A stretch of DNA of 64,000 nucleotides from the human T2T-CHM13v2.0 reference genome, Homo sapiens, in the NCBI RefSeq assembly GCF_009914755.1, contig NC_060941.1, one strand, 5' to 3'. Every line of letters starts with the position of its first letter. The first letter of the stretch is position 1. The position numbers and the translations under genes were made by a program. Below the pieces are notes generated by a model. That model saw nothing but the letters and a program-made list of their open reading frames with translations. It made no database searches and was not told the DNA's origin. Positions 1 to 16,084 of the stretch are shown here, in pieces.

Positions 1-260
<260 letters not shown>

Positions 261-756
261 TTAGCATAAGAATGCAGTTTCTTCATTTCCCTGTAGGTGA
301 ATTCACCTTGCACCAATCAATGATCAGTTCCCTCCAAAACCCTTAAAATTCCTAGCCCCAAACTCCTCAGGGAGATGGATTTGAGGTTTCCTCTGGTCTC
401 CTCATTCAGCAGCCCTACAATTAAGCCTCTTTCTCTGCTACAACCCAGTATCTCAGTTACTGGCTTTCCATATGCACATCGAGCAATAAACCTACTACGG
501 TTATAACTTGTGTTTTAAGTGAAAATGAATTCTTTGGGGAGACTGTGAAGAGCTGCCGAGGACTGCACACAGACTGACACAGCACAGAGCAAAGGGAGCC
601 TCAAAGAATTTGGTGTCTTCATAAATCTACACAAAACCAGATGGAAAGAGGCCAGAATGGGTCCTGGTCATCTCTGGGTGGTGACTGATTTAACAGGTGA
701 TTTTTTGGTTGCTTTGCGACTTTTTAATTTTTTATGCAACAGGCATTGCGATATTG

Positions 757-2090
<1,334 letters not shown>

Positions 2091-2167
2091 AATTGGAGGC
2101 TGCAGTGAGCTATGATCACACCACTGCACTCCAGCCTGGGCAACAGAGCAAGACCCTGTCTCTAAAA

Positions 2168-2168
2168 G

Positions 2169-2220
<52 letters not shown>

Positions 2221-2234
2221 CAGACAGATAGATA
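2168..2234 (+). repeat. (GATA)n tetranucleotide microsatellite
   Basis: About 13 perfect TAGA units in an Alu tail. Confidence 0.95.
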
Positions 2235-2294
2235 AAATTTTAAAATGAAGTGGGGTAGTATTGTAGAGTTAAGCCATTAACCTGTATAGTCTTG

Positions 2295-2785
<491 letters not shown>

Positions 2786-3371
2786 TCGTGGTCAGCAACC
2801 CATTTTTGGGTCCCCTCTCACTGTCGAGAGCTTTTCTGTCCCTCAATAAATTCTATTCTGCCTTACTCACTCTCTGCTGTCCATGTACCTCATTTTTCTC
2901 AGTCATGGGACAACAATTCGGAACTCATTGAACTACGGGGGTAAAAGAGCATAAAAACTTCTTAGTAATTTTCCACCAATCTCCCTACCCTGTTCCTTGG
3001 CTATAAATCCCCAATTTTCCCTATTGTAGAGAGAGTGAAACCCAGTCTCTCTCCTCTGCTACAAAACCCCAATGTAATAGCTCCCCCTTGAATAAAGTCT
3101 TCCTTCATCTTTAACAAGTGTCATGAGTAATCTTTTCTTTAATGCCACACTGACCTGGGCAGGACATTCAGCACCTCCCCCAAGCTCTGGGAAGGGAAAC
3201 CAGCAGTGACTACAAGGATGCCCGTATGGGGCCCTGGACCAGACCCAGACAATCTTCCAGGGCAGGCACCCCTTCCAGGTTAGGGGCACAGGCTCTGGAT
3301 CTGAATTCCAGCCATGCAACTTACCAGCTGTGATCTTGCAAAAATGATTCCTCTCTATGATTCAGTATCTT

Positions 3372-3922
3372 TGTTACCAACAAAGCTGGTCCCCAGAAAA
3401 TGGAGCCTTTCCCCGTTTGGTGTTACAAATCAATATGCAAAACTGAAAGTGAATGTCAAGCAGTGCAGGCTTTAGATTAGACGGTCATGGAATTGAGAAG
3501 TGGGAGCTTGGGCTCGGCTCCTGAGAGCCAGGAAGTCACAGATATAGGGCACCTTTAATGAAAGGGTTGGATATTAAAAGTAAGGGGAGGAATATTCATT
3601 TCTTTTCTGGGAATGGGTGGAGAACTCCTTGAAACTGGAGTGCCGTCTTCCTTTTTGTGTTTTTGTGGTTTCTTCCGGTCTTAGTCACAGTGATTGTTAA
3701 CTGTCATGGTGCTGGTGGGAGTGTCACTTAGCACAGAAATTAGTTATAATGAAGTTAGAGGTTCTTCAGAGGTCAAGTGAGCTGCCTTGGATCCCACAAG
3801 TCTTAGCCAGTTTGGTCAGAAGGGGGAGCTTTTGACCTCAAGCATCCTGTTTCCTAAAGATAAGCAGAATTAAGGCAGGGTAGAAATTCACCTATGTCAC
3901 ACAGGCATTACACTGGGTAACA
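3372..3922. mobile_element. Solo LTR inserted into a MIR
   Basis: Inverted termini TGTTACC...GGTAACA. MIR core sequence resumes after it (TCCTCATCTGTAAAA). Confidence 0.45.
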
Positions 3923-4099
3923 TCCTCATCTGTAAAAGAAAATAACAATTCTCGCCAGGCACAGTGGCTCACACCTGTAATCCCAGCACTTTAGGAGGCC
4001 AAGGTGGGCAGATCACCTGAGGTCAGGAGTTCAAGACCAGCTTGGGCAACATAGCAAAACCCCATCTCTACTAAAAATACAAAACTTAGCCAGGCATCA

Positions 4100-4708
<609 letters not shown>

Positions 4709-5949
4709 TCAGGAAACCTGGTCCCTCTTGGGTGGCCAGGCAGCCCAGCAGGAAGAGGGCCACCACCGCTATCCTGCCAGGTCTCTGTCTGCAGAAGGAC
4801 TAATGAGCTTTGTCAGGATTCCATGGGACAGGGTGTGAAACACTCAGCTAAGCTCGTAGCAAGAGCTCAACCACTGTAAATTTCACAAAATAAAAAAAAA
4901 AAAAAGACCGTACAAAACTCCTCTCAGGAAGAGTTTTATCTATGGTAGAGGGACAGCTGCTAAGCTGTTTGGGGCAAAGGATGAAATCGATGCCCCCCAC
5001 TGCCCCGGTGCATGCTCAGGTGGCAGTATCTGTCTTGGGCTAGGCAAGTGAAAAGAGGAGAGAATTTCACCTTGTTGGCCCAGGAAGGGACACAGTTTGG
5101 GTGAGTGAATACTCAATAAGCCACTTGAGCAGGAAAAAGTTCCCTCGACATCCTTGGCCCGGCTTTGGTACATATGACCATCACCAAGCTGTCTTCTAAA
5201 CTGGGAGCAGGGAGAGAAATATGCAAGCTCACAGCAGAGCTAAATCACTGGGAACTAGAGATGCTGGAGGCGGGGGCAGGAGACAAAGAAATGAGGCAGG
5301 TGGTGGCAGAGAAGGCTGGAAAGAACAGCCGTTCCTGTGACTAGGGCCTGCCATGTGTGTGCCAGCAGGCTCGCTTCAGCCTAGCATCCTGCTGAGCAGC
5401 ACTGTCCAGTAGGAATAGAACGCACACCACACATGCAACTAAATAGCTCCTGGGGGCTCCCAGGAGCCACGTTTCTTTAAAGTAAAAAGAAACAGGTGAA
5501 TTTAACTTAATAGTATATTTTATTTAATATAATAGATCCAAAATATTCTTATTTTAATAAGTAATTCATATAAAAAGTATTGTGAAGGCTGGGCACAGTG
5601 GCTCACACCTATAATCCCAACAATTTGGGAGGCTGAGGCACGCGAATGGCTTGAGCAGAGGAGTTTGAGACCAGCCTGGCCAACATGCTGAAACCCCATT
5701 TCTACAAAAACATACAAAAATTAGCCGGGCTAATTCGGTAATGTGCGCCTGTGATCTCAGCTACTCAGGAGGCTGAGGCAGCAGAATCGCTTGAACCCAG
5801 GAGGCAGGGTTGCAGTGAGCTGAGATTGCGCCATTGTACTCCAGCCTGGGCGGCAGAGCAAGACTCCATCTCAAAAACAAACAACAACCCGGGTGCGGTG
5901 GCTCACACCTGTAATCCCAGCACTTTGGGAGGCCAAGGCGGGCAGATCA

Positions 5950-6179
<230 letters not shown>

Positions 6180-7458
6180 TCAATTAATATAACATAATAT
6201 AAAGCATTGTGAGACTTTACAGTTTTTTTTCATGCTCATTCTTCAGAGCCCTGTGTGTTTTTACACTTACAGTGCATCCTCATTCAGACTGGCCCCATTT
6301 CCAGGGTTCAGAAGCCACAGGTGGCTTGTGGCTGCTGTGGCCCTTTGAGAGTTAGAATTAATTTGGGGAAGATGGGTGGGTGCAGAAGAGAGGGGAGGCT
6401 GCCCAGAGAGGCACCTCCAGGTGACATGTGCTTGGGGCCAGAGCTGCACACTGGGGACAGCTGAGTGTTGGGGGGTGTGCAGAGGTGTGGCTGAAAGGGG
6501 ATGAGCAGTGTGTCCCAACTGGTGAGGGTTGTCACCACACGGCACCAGCCCTCTCTGCGTTTCCTCCTGTCCTCTCACAGTGAAAGTGAAGGACTTGATG
6601 AGTCTTGCTGCTCGATTACTGCTGGATGAACTCTTGGAGACAGCCCTTATATGAGTTACACTAGTTTAAAAAATGAAATGAAATGAAATGAAAGGAGGGC
6701 TAGAGGACCTATGCCTAGGTCCAAGGCAGACTGCTCCACCCAAACACACCTGTAAGCTTGTCCCAGGAAAGTGGCCAGATCTGAACTGATTGCCATCAAA
6801 CATGTCTAATGCTCTTCCCTCCATCTGGAACATCCACCTGCCCTCAGCTAGAGAACACCTCCTTCAGTGCCCGGTCAGAATATAGAACCCCTCTGTGCAC
6901 CTGTGTCTGGCACCTCCTCCACGCTTCCTGGGCCCCTGGTTCCTTGGAGTGCTGTCTGAACCCTCGCTAGGCTGTGATCTCCTTGAGGCCCAATGCCAGG
7001 CCTGGCCTTCTCCACCTCCCTAGGCTGCACTTTGTATCCTCTCCCACCCACCTCGGCAGTTGAGTCCGCAGTTGGGCCACCTGGATGGCCCTGCCCGGGG
7101 AAGAGGAACCAAGGGCTCTGGTCTTTATCTCCCTTCCTAAATGAAGTTTCCCCCCATCTATAGGAGCTCCTGCAGGACTCCCTGAAAAAGGAGGAAAGAG
7201 AGGAGGGGAAGGAGTGGGAAGCAGGATGGGGAAGACAGATGCTCTGCCAGCAAAGAGGCAAAGAGGAACTGAGCCAAGTCCCCACCGTGGGTTGGCATAA
7301 GTGGGTCCCTGGCAAGGGGAGGGAAAGTAAGAACAAGAAGAAAGGCTGGCCGGGTTGGGAGGTGGCGGTAAAATATAACCGCCATACACACACAACACAC
7401 ACTAGCCATAAGGGTACAGCTCAATAGATTTTTGCCACCTGGATCAAGAGGAAGGTCA

Positions 7459-7770
<312 letters not shown>

Positions 7771-9302
7771 TCATCTCAAAAAAGAAAAAAAAAAAAGTTT
7801 CCCCCATGTCCCTTCCCAGCATCTACCCTAGGCAGGTTTGAAGAATTGATGTATTGCCAGCAGAACCCCAGCTGATGCCCGACCTGCACATCTCATCATT
7901 ACCCTGTGCAGGCTGCAGATCAAGCTGCAACAGGCCCGGGTCTCCCTCCTTCTCCAAGTGGTAAGAACAGCAGCCTTCATTCACTGGGACCTTCTATGTG
8001 CATGGGAGCGGGGGAGGGGGAACTATTCTAGTCACTTACATACGTGGGTCGTTAAGTCCCAAATAAGGAATGCAAGAAATGTGGCATTAATTGGACTTTC
8101 TTTAAATCAAGTGAGATCCTTGCCAATTAACATCCCACTGGGCTGCTCAGAAATCCAGCCTTGGAAATGACAGGGGCTCCAGCCCTCCCCAGGATTCTCT
8201 CTCGCTCACAAGGTTTTCTAGAGCACCAGAGCTACAAGGAGCCCCTAGACCAGATCATCTATCTGCCTTGGTTACCATGGAGATGTCTATTTTCCCAGAG
8301 GGTGCAATCCCTTCCTGGAGGGAGATTCTGCTGCTTCCGTGCCACGTTGGTGGCCTTGGAGAATCTTATTGAGGTCGAGGGTCCCAAGGTGTCCTACACA
8401 GCCATGCCCTTGTCACATCCCAAGGAGATCACCATGGAGAGGTGCCCACCTCTGTCCCATCCTCATTCAGAGGGGCTCACTCCTGTCCCCTGCTGCTCTC
8501 GGAGGCTCTCTCTCTCCCTTCCCCTCTGGGAAACTGGTATAATCTATATAGTGGTTTCATAACTTTACATTTTTATCCGGCTGTACATAGTCTCCTCTTT
8601 AAATCCCCTCAACAGCCTATGAGAAGGGCATTATTGTCTCTGTCGTACAGAGGAGAAAATGCAGGCTGGGAGGGGCTAAGTCGCCCAGGCAACAAGATGG
8701 AGATGATATTCAGATACAGACACTCCAGAGCCTGTGCTTTGTACCCTGCCCTTGGCTGCCCAGGTGACAGCATCTCAAAGCCAGGAGCACACTAATAAAG
8801 AAGCCAGCATTAACAGCAGGCATGCATGCCACTTTCAAACTAATTACTCCTGCCTCCATGATTACTCCTCAGGCTCCTGGGGCTGGGGTAACCTCCCACA
8901 CTGGAAGGTAGACTTCGGAAGACCCTTCTGGAAATGCTCCCAACTTGGGAAAACAGCGCTTCAGACTTCAGACCCAGGAAGAGATCACCCAGTGCTCCTT
9001 TTATGGGGCATACAACTGAAGCCAAGAGGTAAACCAGGTCACCCACAAAGCTGGTGGCAAGTCAAGAACTGAGTCTCAGGCCTGGTGCGGTGGCTCATGC
9101 TTGTAATCCCAGCACTTTGGGAGGCCGAGGTAAAGGATTACTTGAGCCTAGCAGTTCAAGACCAGCCTGGGCAACATAGTGAGACCTCATCTCTACCAAA
9201 AATTTAAAAAATTAGCTGGCTATGGTAGCACATGCCTGTAGTCCCAGCTACTCAGGAGGCTGAAACGGATCACTTGAGCCTAGGAGTTCAAGTCTGCAAT
9301 AA

Positions 9303-9632
<330 letters not shown>

Positions 9633-9787
9633 TCACTACAGCCTGGACGACAAAGCGAGATTCTGTCTCAAAAAATATTTTAGTGTGACAAAATATTGCA
9701 TGCACACTGGGAAGGACAGCTCCAATTCATTCATTCAAACTCTCTCCCAAAACCCTTTCCAGCAGAACAATGTCCGTCAGGGCAAAG

Positions 9788-10870
9788 TGTTGTGGGATGT
9801 CAGGGACTCCCAACAGAGGGACCCGCTGAAGCCATGGCAGAAGAACATAAATTGTGAAGATTTAATGGATATTTATTAGTTCCCCAAATTAATACTTTTA
9901 TAATTTCTTACGCCTGTCTTTACTGCAATCTCTGAACATAAATTGTGAAGATTTCATGGACACTTATCACTTCCCCAATCAATACCCTTGGGATTTCCTA
10001 TGCCTGTCTTTACTTTAATCTCTTAATCCTGTCATCATAAGCTGAGGAGGATGTATGTAGCCTCAGGACCGTGATGATTGCATTAACTGCACAAATTGTT
10101 TGTAGAGCTTGTGTGTTTGAACAATATGAAATCTGGGCACCTTGAAAAAAGAACAGGATAACAGCAATGTTCAGGGAACAAAGGAGATAACTTTAAACTC
10201 TGACTGCCCGTGAGCCGGGCAGAACAGAGCCATATTTCTCTTCTTTCAAAAGCAAATGGGAGAAATATCGCTGAATTCTTTTTCTCAGCAAGGAACATCC
10301 CTGAGAAAGAGGATGCGTCCCTGAGGGAGGCCTCTGAAATGGCCACTTTGGGGACAGCTGTCTTTTACGGTCATCGCTGAGGGATGAAATAAGCCCCGGT
10401 CTCCTGTAGCGCTCCCAGGCTTATTAGGACGAGGAAATTCCCGCCTAATAAATTTTGGTCAGACCGGTTGTCTGTTCTCAAACCCTGTCTCCTGATAAGA
10501 TATCATCAATGACAATGTGTGTCTGAAACTTCATTAGCAATTTTAATTTCGCCCCGGTCCTGTGGTCCTGTGGTCTTGCCCTGCCTCCATTTGCCTTGTG
10601 ATATCTTATTACCTTGTGAAGCACATGATCTCTGTGACCCACACCCTATTCGTACACTCCCTCCCCTTTTGAAAATCACTAATAAAAACTCGCTGGTTTT
10701 GCGGCTTGGGGGACATCATGGAACCTGCCGACATGTGATGTCTCCCCCGGACACCCAGCTTTAAAATTTCTCTCTTTTGTACTCTGTCCCTTTATTTCTC
10801 GGACCAGCCAACACTTAAGGAAAATAGAGAAGAACCTACGTGAAATGTCGGGGGTGAATTTTGCCTGATA
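9788..10870 (+). mobile_element. Solo LTR of the MER11 (HERV-K11/HML8) family
   Basis: Begins TGTTGTGGGA.GTCAGGGAC and has the MER11-type internal repeat GAACATAAATTGTGAAGATTT (9843 and 9934). AATAAA at 10681, length about 1.08 kb, 6-bp TSD GCAAAG/GTAAAG. Confidence 0.85.
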
Positions 10871-11179
10871 GTAAAGGTTCCCAAGTTGGCTGACTGGGGC
10901 CTTAGCTTCTCAAAAGGGGAAGACCATGAGACTGGGATGCCCATGACCTAGCCATGGTTCCTCCTTCCTGATGTCAAGGAAACCAAACTATTAATCAAGT
11001 TTATTTAGTAAATATAGAATCAAAACAAAGTATCAGGCCAGGCACACTGGCTCCTGCCTGTAATCCCAGCACTTTAGGAGGCCAAGGCAGGGGGACTGCT
11101 TTAAGCAGTTGAGGCTGCAGTAAGCCATGATCATGCCACTGCATTCCAGCCAGTCTGGGTGACAGAGTGAGACCTTGTC

Positions 11180-11302
11180 TATATATATATATATATACAC
11201 ATACATATATATATACATATATACACAAATACACACACACACATATATACACACACTCATATACATATATATATATATACACACACATACACATATATAT
11301 AT
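11180..11302 (+). repeat. (TA)n/(CA)n compound microsatellite
   Basis: Alternating TA and CA runs after an Alu. Confidence 0.95.
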
Positions 11303-12077
11303 CAGGTACACCTAGCATTTCCTCCCTCAGAGTTTTTCTGAGTTTTCTGGTGGGCACATGCCCTGCCCCACAGTGGACTCCTTCCTACCCTCTGTCAGCC
11401 AGAATGCTGCCTCCCCAGAGGCCTTCTCTGACCACCCCATCTGAAGGAGCCTGGCCCTTTCACATCACCCTGTTTACCTCCTTTTTGGCACCTCTCACAA
11501 TCTGTCATTATCCTTTTTTTTTTTTTTTTGAGACATAGTCTTGCTCTGTCGCCCAGGCTGGAGTGCAATGGCGCCATCTTGGCTCACTGCAGTCTCCTCT
11601 TCCCGGGTTCAAATAATTATTGTGCCTCGGCCTCCCGAGTAGCTGGGACTACAGGCACACGCCACCACGCCCAGCTAATTTTTGTATTTTTAGTAGAGAC
11701 AGGGTTTCACCATATTGGCCAGGCTGGTCTCGAACTCCTGACCTCGGGTGATCCGCCCACCTCAGCCTCCCAAAGTGCTGGGATTACAGGCATAAGCCAC
11801 AGCGCCCAGCCTCATTATCTTATTATTTGTTTAGTGGCTCTCTCTCCCGCTGGCCTTCAACTCCACAAGGGCAGTGACCCTGACTGTCAGGGACATAAAC
11901 CAGCAGTCCATGGGCATGCATATTTTTGTTTGGCTTGCAGTGTTGTATCAAAAATTCAATTTATTCCTGTAATCCCAGCACTTTGGAAGGCCGAGGCAGG
12001 CAGATCACCTGAGGTCAGGAGTTCAAGACCAGCCTGGCCAACATGGTGAAAACCCATCTCTACTAAAAATATTTTTA

Positions 12078-12266
<189 letters not shown>

Positions 12267-12611
12267 TCAAGAGATTTTATGTAAACACCTGGATTTCCTG
12301 GCACTCTTGAAAAAGATCTAGCACAATGGGCTGGAGGTGAGCGGCCACTGCAGCCCGTAGTTCTTACTCCAGCCCCCAGTCCACCCCATTACATCACACT
12401 TGGCTGTTTGCACTCCTTGATCCTACTTACCTGCCTATCCCCGGAGGCCTTTGAGTCTAAAATTCCTGGTCTCTTTTCACCACTCTACTTACCCCTACAA
12501 CTGAGTGTTGAAATAAATAAACTGAAAGCAAGAAAGGTTGACTGTTTTGAAGGAAATATTTCATCTAAACTCTAGGAAGGCTCTACTCCACACAAGCTGT
12601 GCCACATGAAG

Positions 12612-12627
12612 GACGCCCTCTGGTGCC
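12612..12627 (-). promoter_or_regulatory. Candidate CTCF site upstream of EIF1
   Basis: The reverse complement reads GGCACCAGAGGGCGTC. Confidence 0.45.
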
Positions 12628-12999
12628 AGAATTATTCTCGGGGGGGCCCAGAACCAGTTACTATACCTTGAACTCATGCCAATGAGCTGGGCACACTTTT
12701 TCCTTAGATGGATTAATCTAATCTAAATGAAAATTTTAGATCGGATTAACCCACTTTAGAATAAATCTAAATGGCAATCTAAATTATGCGGTTACCGTTT
12801 TGATTATATTATTGTATGTTGATTAATCAAAGTGCCGCCCTAAATCCCGCTGTGACTCCGTGGGTAGTAGGGTGGGTAGGTAGGTGGGTTTGACACAACG
12901 GGGATTTCTCGTGTTTGGGAGGCTCATCATCTAAATCCTCTCTAAGGAGTGTTCATTTACCATATGAAACTCCCCTTTTCGAGAAGACAGGGATGCAAC

Positions 13000-14200
13000 A
13001 GGGTCAAGAAGGTGGAACGTACCAAAGGACACAGTGCGTAGGCGCGCTCGAAACCTGGGCCGGTATTCTCGGCACCCAGACACCGTCCACTCGCACTGCG
13101 CAGGCTCCGAGACAGATCAAGCTTTCCCTCCCCCTCCCAGCTCTCCTAGAGTCAAGAGGACGCCCTCCTGCCGCAGACTTCCTGCGCAAGCGCCATCCCA
13201 TGTCCCCGCCTCCAAACCAATTGGAAGCGGCGCCGCCTGGGCGCTTGGGGCACGACGCTGTGGGTGGGGTCAGGACGTGAGGGCAGCGCGCTGGCGTCAG
13301 AGGCGCGGCTATATAACTAAACACAGGCACCGCCCCTCTGCCCCAGTCACTGAGCCGCCGCCGAGGATTCAGCAGCCTCCCCCTTGAGCCCCCTCGCTTC
13401 CCGACGTTCCGTTCCCCCCTGCCCGCCTTCTCCCGCCACCGCCGCCGCCGCCTTCCGCAGGCCGTTTCCACCGAGGAAAAGGAATCGTATCGTATGTCCG
13501 CTATCCAGAACCTCCACTCTTTCGGTAAGCTATGGGAAAGGTCGCGGGCCCGGGTGGGGCAGCGGGGCCTTCCGGGCCCGGAGACGTGTTCCGGGAAGTT
13601 GCCAAGCGCTCCGGGCCTTCGTAAGCTCGGGCAGGGGAAACTTGACCAGGGTCGCAGGGCAGCGGGATCAAGGCCTGGGCCCCGGGGTCGGACCCTGAGC
13701 GCGACCGGAAGGAGCAGGCGGTAGGTCAGCCCTTGGGCGGGCCCGGCGTCTCAGTGGCGCATTTACTAATGGCTCCTGGGCCTCCTCGGGCCACACCCGC
13801 CCCTCCCGTCACCATTGCGTCACGTCCGTTACGTCACCACCCGTTGTCACGGATCCGGAGGGAAAGGCGGTGCCAGCCCTAAGTGGCAAGCGGGTGCACC
13901 AATGGGGGTGGGAGGCTTAGCCCCGCCTCGGGAGCTCGGGTTCCGGCGGGTTGCATCAGCTGGGTGGGGCACCGCCTGGCAGCCCGGACTCCCCCGACAT
14001 GTGATCGGCTTCCCAGGGAGGGCGGGAGGCCCGGGCGTTCCCCGAGCCTGGGGAAGCTGGCCGTCCCGGACTGACCTGCTCGGGGAGAGCCAGCAAAGGA
14101 CACATTCGGCCTGGCCCAAGCCCTGACGATTTCAGTGTTGTTTTCTGCACGCGCAAAACACCTGGGGACCGAGGGGATGGCAGTGGCATCCTATCTTTGA
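13000..14200 (+). promoter_or_regulatory. EIF1: EIF1 CpG-island promoter with TATA box, CCAAT and GC boxes
   Basis: CpG-dense. TATATAA at 13310-13316, palindromic CCAATTGG at 13217-13224, GC box CCCCGCC near 13204, GCC repeats in the 5' UTR at 13434-13452. Confidence 0.85.
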
Positions 14201-15281
14201 CAGCTCTGAACGAGCTTAACCTTTTTTTTCAGACCCCTTTGCTGATGCAAGTAAGGGTGATGACCTGCTTCCTGCTGGCACTGAGGATTATATCCATATA
14301 AGAATTCAACAGAGAAACGGCAGGAAGACCCTTACTACTGTCCAAGGGATCGCTGATGATTACGATAAAAAGAAACTAGTGAAGGCGTTTAAGAAAGTAG
14401 GTCTTCAGTGAGATTTTGGGAAAGTCATAATGGATTTGTCCACAAGGGGGTGCCAGCTGTGTTGTATGTATTGTTAGCGGAAGGGGTGATAAATGCGTTC
14501 ATGCTCTTGCTAGGCCTAATTCGTTTTCCTTTGTGCTTGCAGAAGTTTGCCTGCAATGGTACTGTAATTGAGCATCCGGAATATGGAGAAGTAATTCAGC
14601 TACAGGGTGACCAACGCAAGAACATATGCCAGTTCCTCGTAGAGGTGAGTTCAGTCACTACTTGATTTGTGCCTCTCTGCTGGCAAATCTCAGATCCTGT
14701 CTGTTAGCTTCTGCTGGGGACATAAAAGTTGGCTTTGTAAGGCTGAGCAAAACCTCAGTTGGGTTTTAAAGTACATAGACTTATTTCTGTTTTATAGGAA
14801 AAAGCAGAAGGGACTTGTCTACCTTTGGTTTACTGTTTCTGTGGATCTACTTCACAGATGCAAATTTGAATAGCATATAGATGCATTGTAAAATAAGCCA
14901 AATGCTGGGTTGTTCCTGTATTTGTAAGGACATGAGTTTTTAAAAATGAATTTCCTGAGTATTAATACTAAAATACTGTTACATGATCAGCTCTTGATAT
15001 AATTGAAGAGATTTCAGATACCTGATGAGTCTCATTCTCACACTAATTCAGAACCTTGGAAGGCACTGAGTGTTCAAAAAAGGTAGCTCTTAACTGAGGA
15101 CCCTCTGTTGAACCATTGTGCGCACCCCTGGCTCTTGGGCAGTGTAGTAGCAGGAAGACAGGGTTGTTGCCATTAGAAATGGAGGCTTTAACTCTCCCTG
15201 TCCCCCATTTAAAACTTTGCCCTTTTGTCTTTTCAGATTGGACTGGCTAAGGACGATCAGCTGAAGGTTCATGGGTTTTAA
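13494..15281 (+). CDS. EIF1: Eukaryotic translation initiation factor 1 (SUI1 family), 113 aa, 4 coding exons
   Basis: Coding exons 13494-13524, 14233-14396, 14543-14644 and 15237-15281, all GT-AG, total 342 nt. Translation MSAIQNLHSFDPFADASKGDDLLPAGTEDYIHIRIQQRNGRKTLTTVQG...KKFACNGTVIEHPEYGEVIQLQGDQRKNICQFLVEIGLAKDDQLKVHGF*. Confidence 0.98.
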
Positions 15282-15435
15282 GTGCTTGTGGCTCACTGAA
15301 GCTTAAGTGAGGATTTCCTTGCAATGAGTAGAATTTCCCTTCTCTCCCTTGTCACAGGTTTAAAAACCTCACAGCTTGTATAATGTAACCATTTGGGGTC
15401 CGCTTTTAACTTGGACTAGTGTAACTCCTTCATGC

Positions 15436-15441
15436 AATAAA
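15436..15441 (+). terminator. EIF1: EIF1 proximal poly(A) signal
   Basis: AATAAA about 155 nt after the stop codon. Confidence 0.75.
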
Positions 15442-16078
15442 CTGAAAAGAGCCATGCTGTCTAGTCTTGAAGTCCCTCATTTAAACAGAGGTCAAGCAAT
15501 AGGCGCCTGGCAGTGTCAAGCCTGAAACCAAGCAATACCGTCATGTTTCAGCCAAGCCCAGAGCCCTAAGATTACAAACAACTATGGCCGGAACCTCCTC
15601 AGCTCTCCCTCTGCAGAGTTCCCTACCCTAAGAGAATGTTACCACCTGAACAGTCCTCGGTGAATCTGAGAGGAGAGGATGGGGTAAGGCAGAAGCACCA
15701 GCTGTACTACTAGAAGGGAGCTTTTGGTGGTAGATCCCCTGGTGTCTCCAACCTGACTAGGTGGACAGAGCTCAAAGAGGCCCTCTTACCGCTAGCGAGG
15801 TGATAGGACATCTGGCTTGCCACAAAGGTCTGTTCGACCAGACATATCCTAGCTAAGGGATGTCCAAACATCAGAATGTGAGGCCAACCTTCTATCAGAG
15901 TTAAACTTTTGACAAGGGAACAAATCTCAAACTGATCCATCAGTCATGTAGCTAGCTGTAGAGCTTGCAACTTAATAGCAGCAGCTGCCCAATGCCATGT
16001 GAAGTAACAAACTGGTTTTTGGTTTTTTTTTCCCCTTCAGTTTTAATGTTATGTGTAATGTATTTAAACCCTTATTTA

Positions 16079-16084
16079 AATAAA
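16079..16084 (+). terminator. EIF1: EIF1 distal poly(A) signal
   Basis: AATAAA preceded by U-rich and UGUA elements (16010-16065). Confidence 0.7.

Noticed and set aside
7363-7384. Hairpin TGGCGGT-n8-ACCGCCA
   Set aside because: A 7-bp stem is expected by chance in 64 kb, and there is no RNA-gene context.
12915-14189. Overlapping ORFs across the EIF1 promoter and intron 1
   Set aside because: CpG-island artefacts. Only 13494-13524 is coding.
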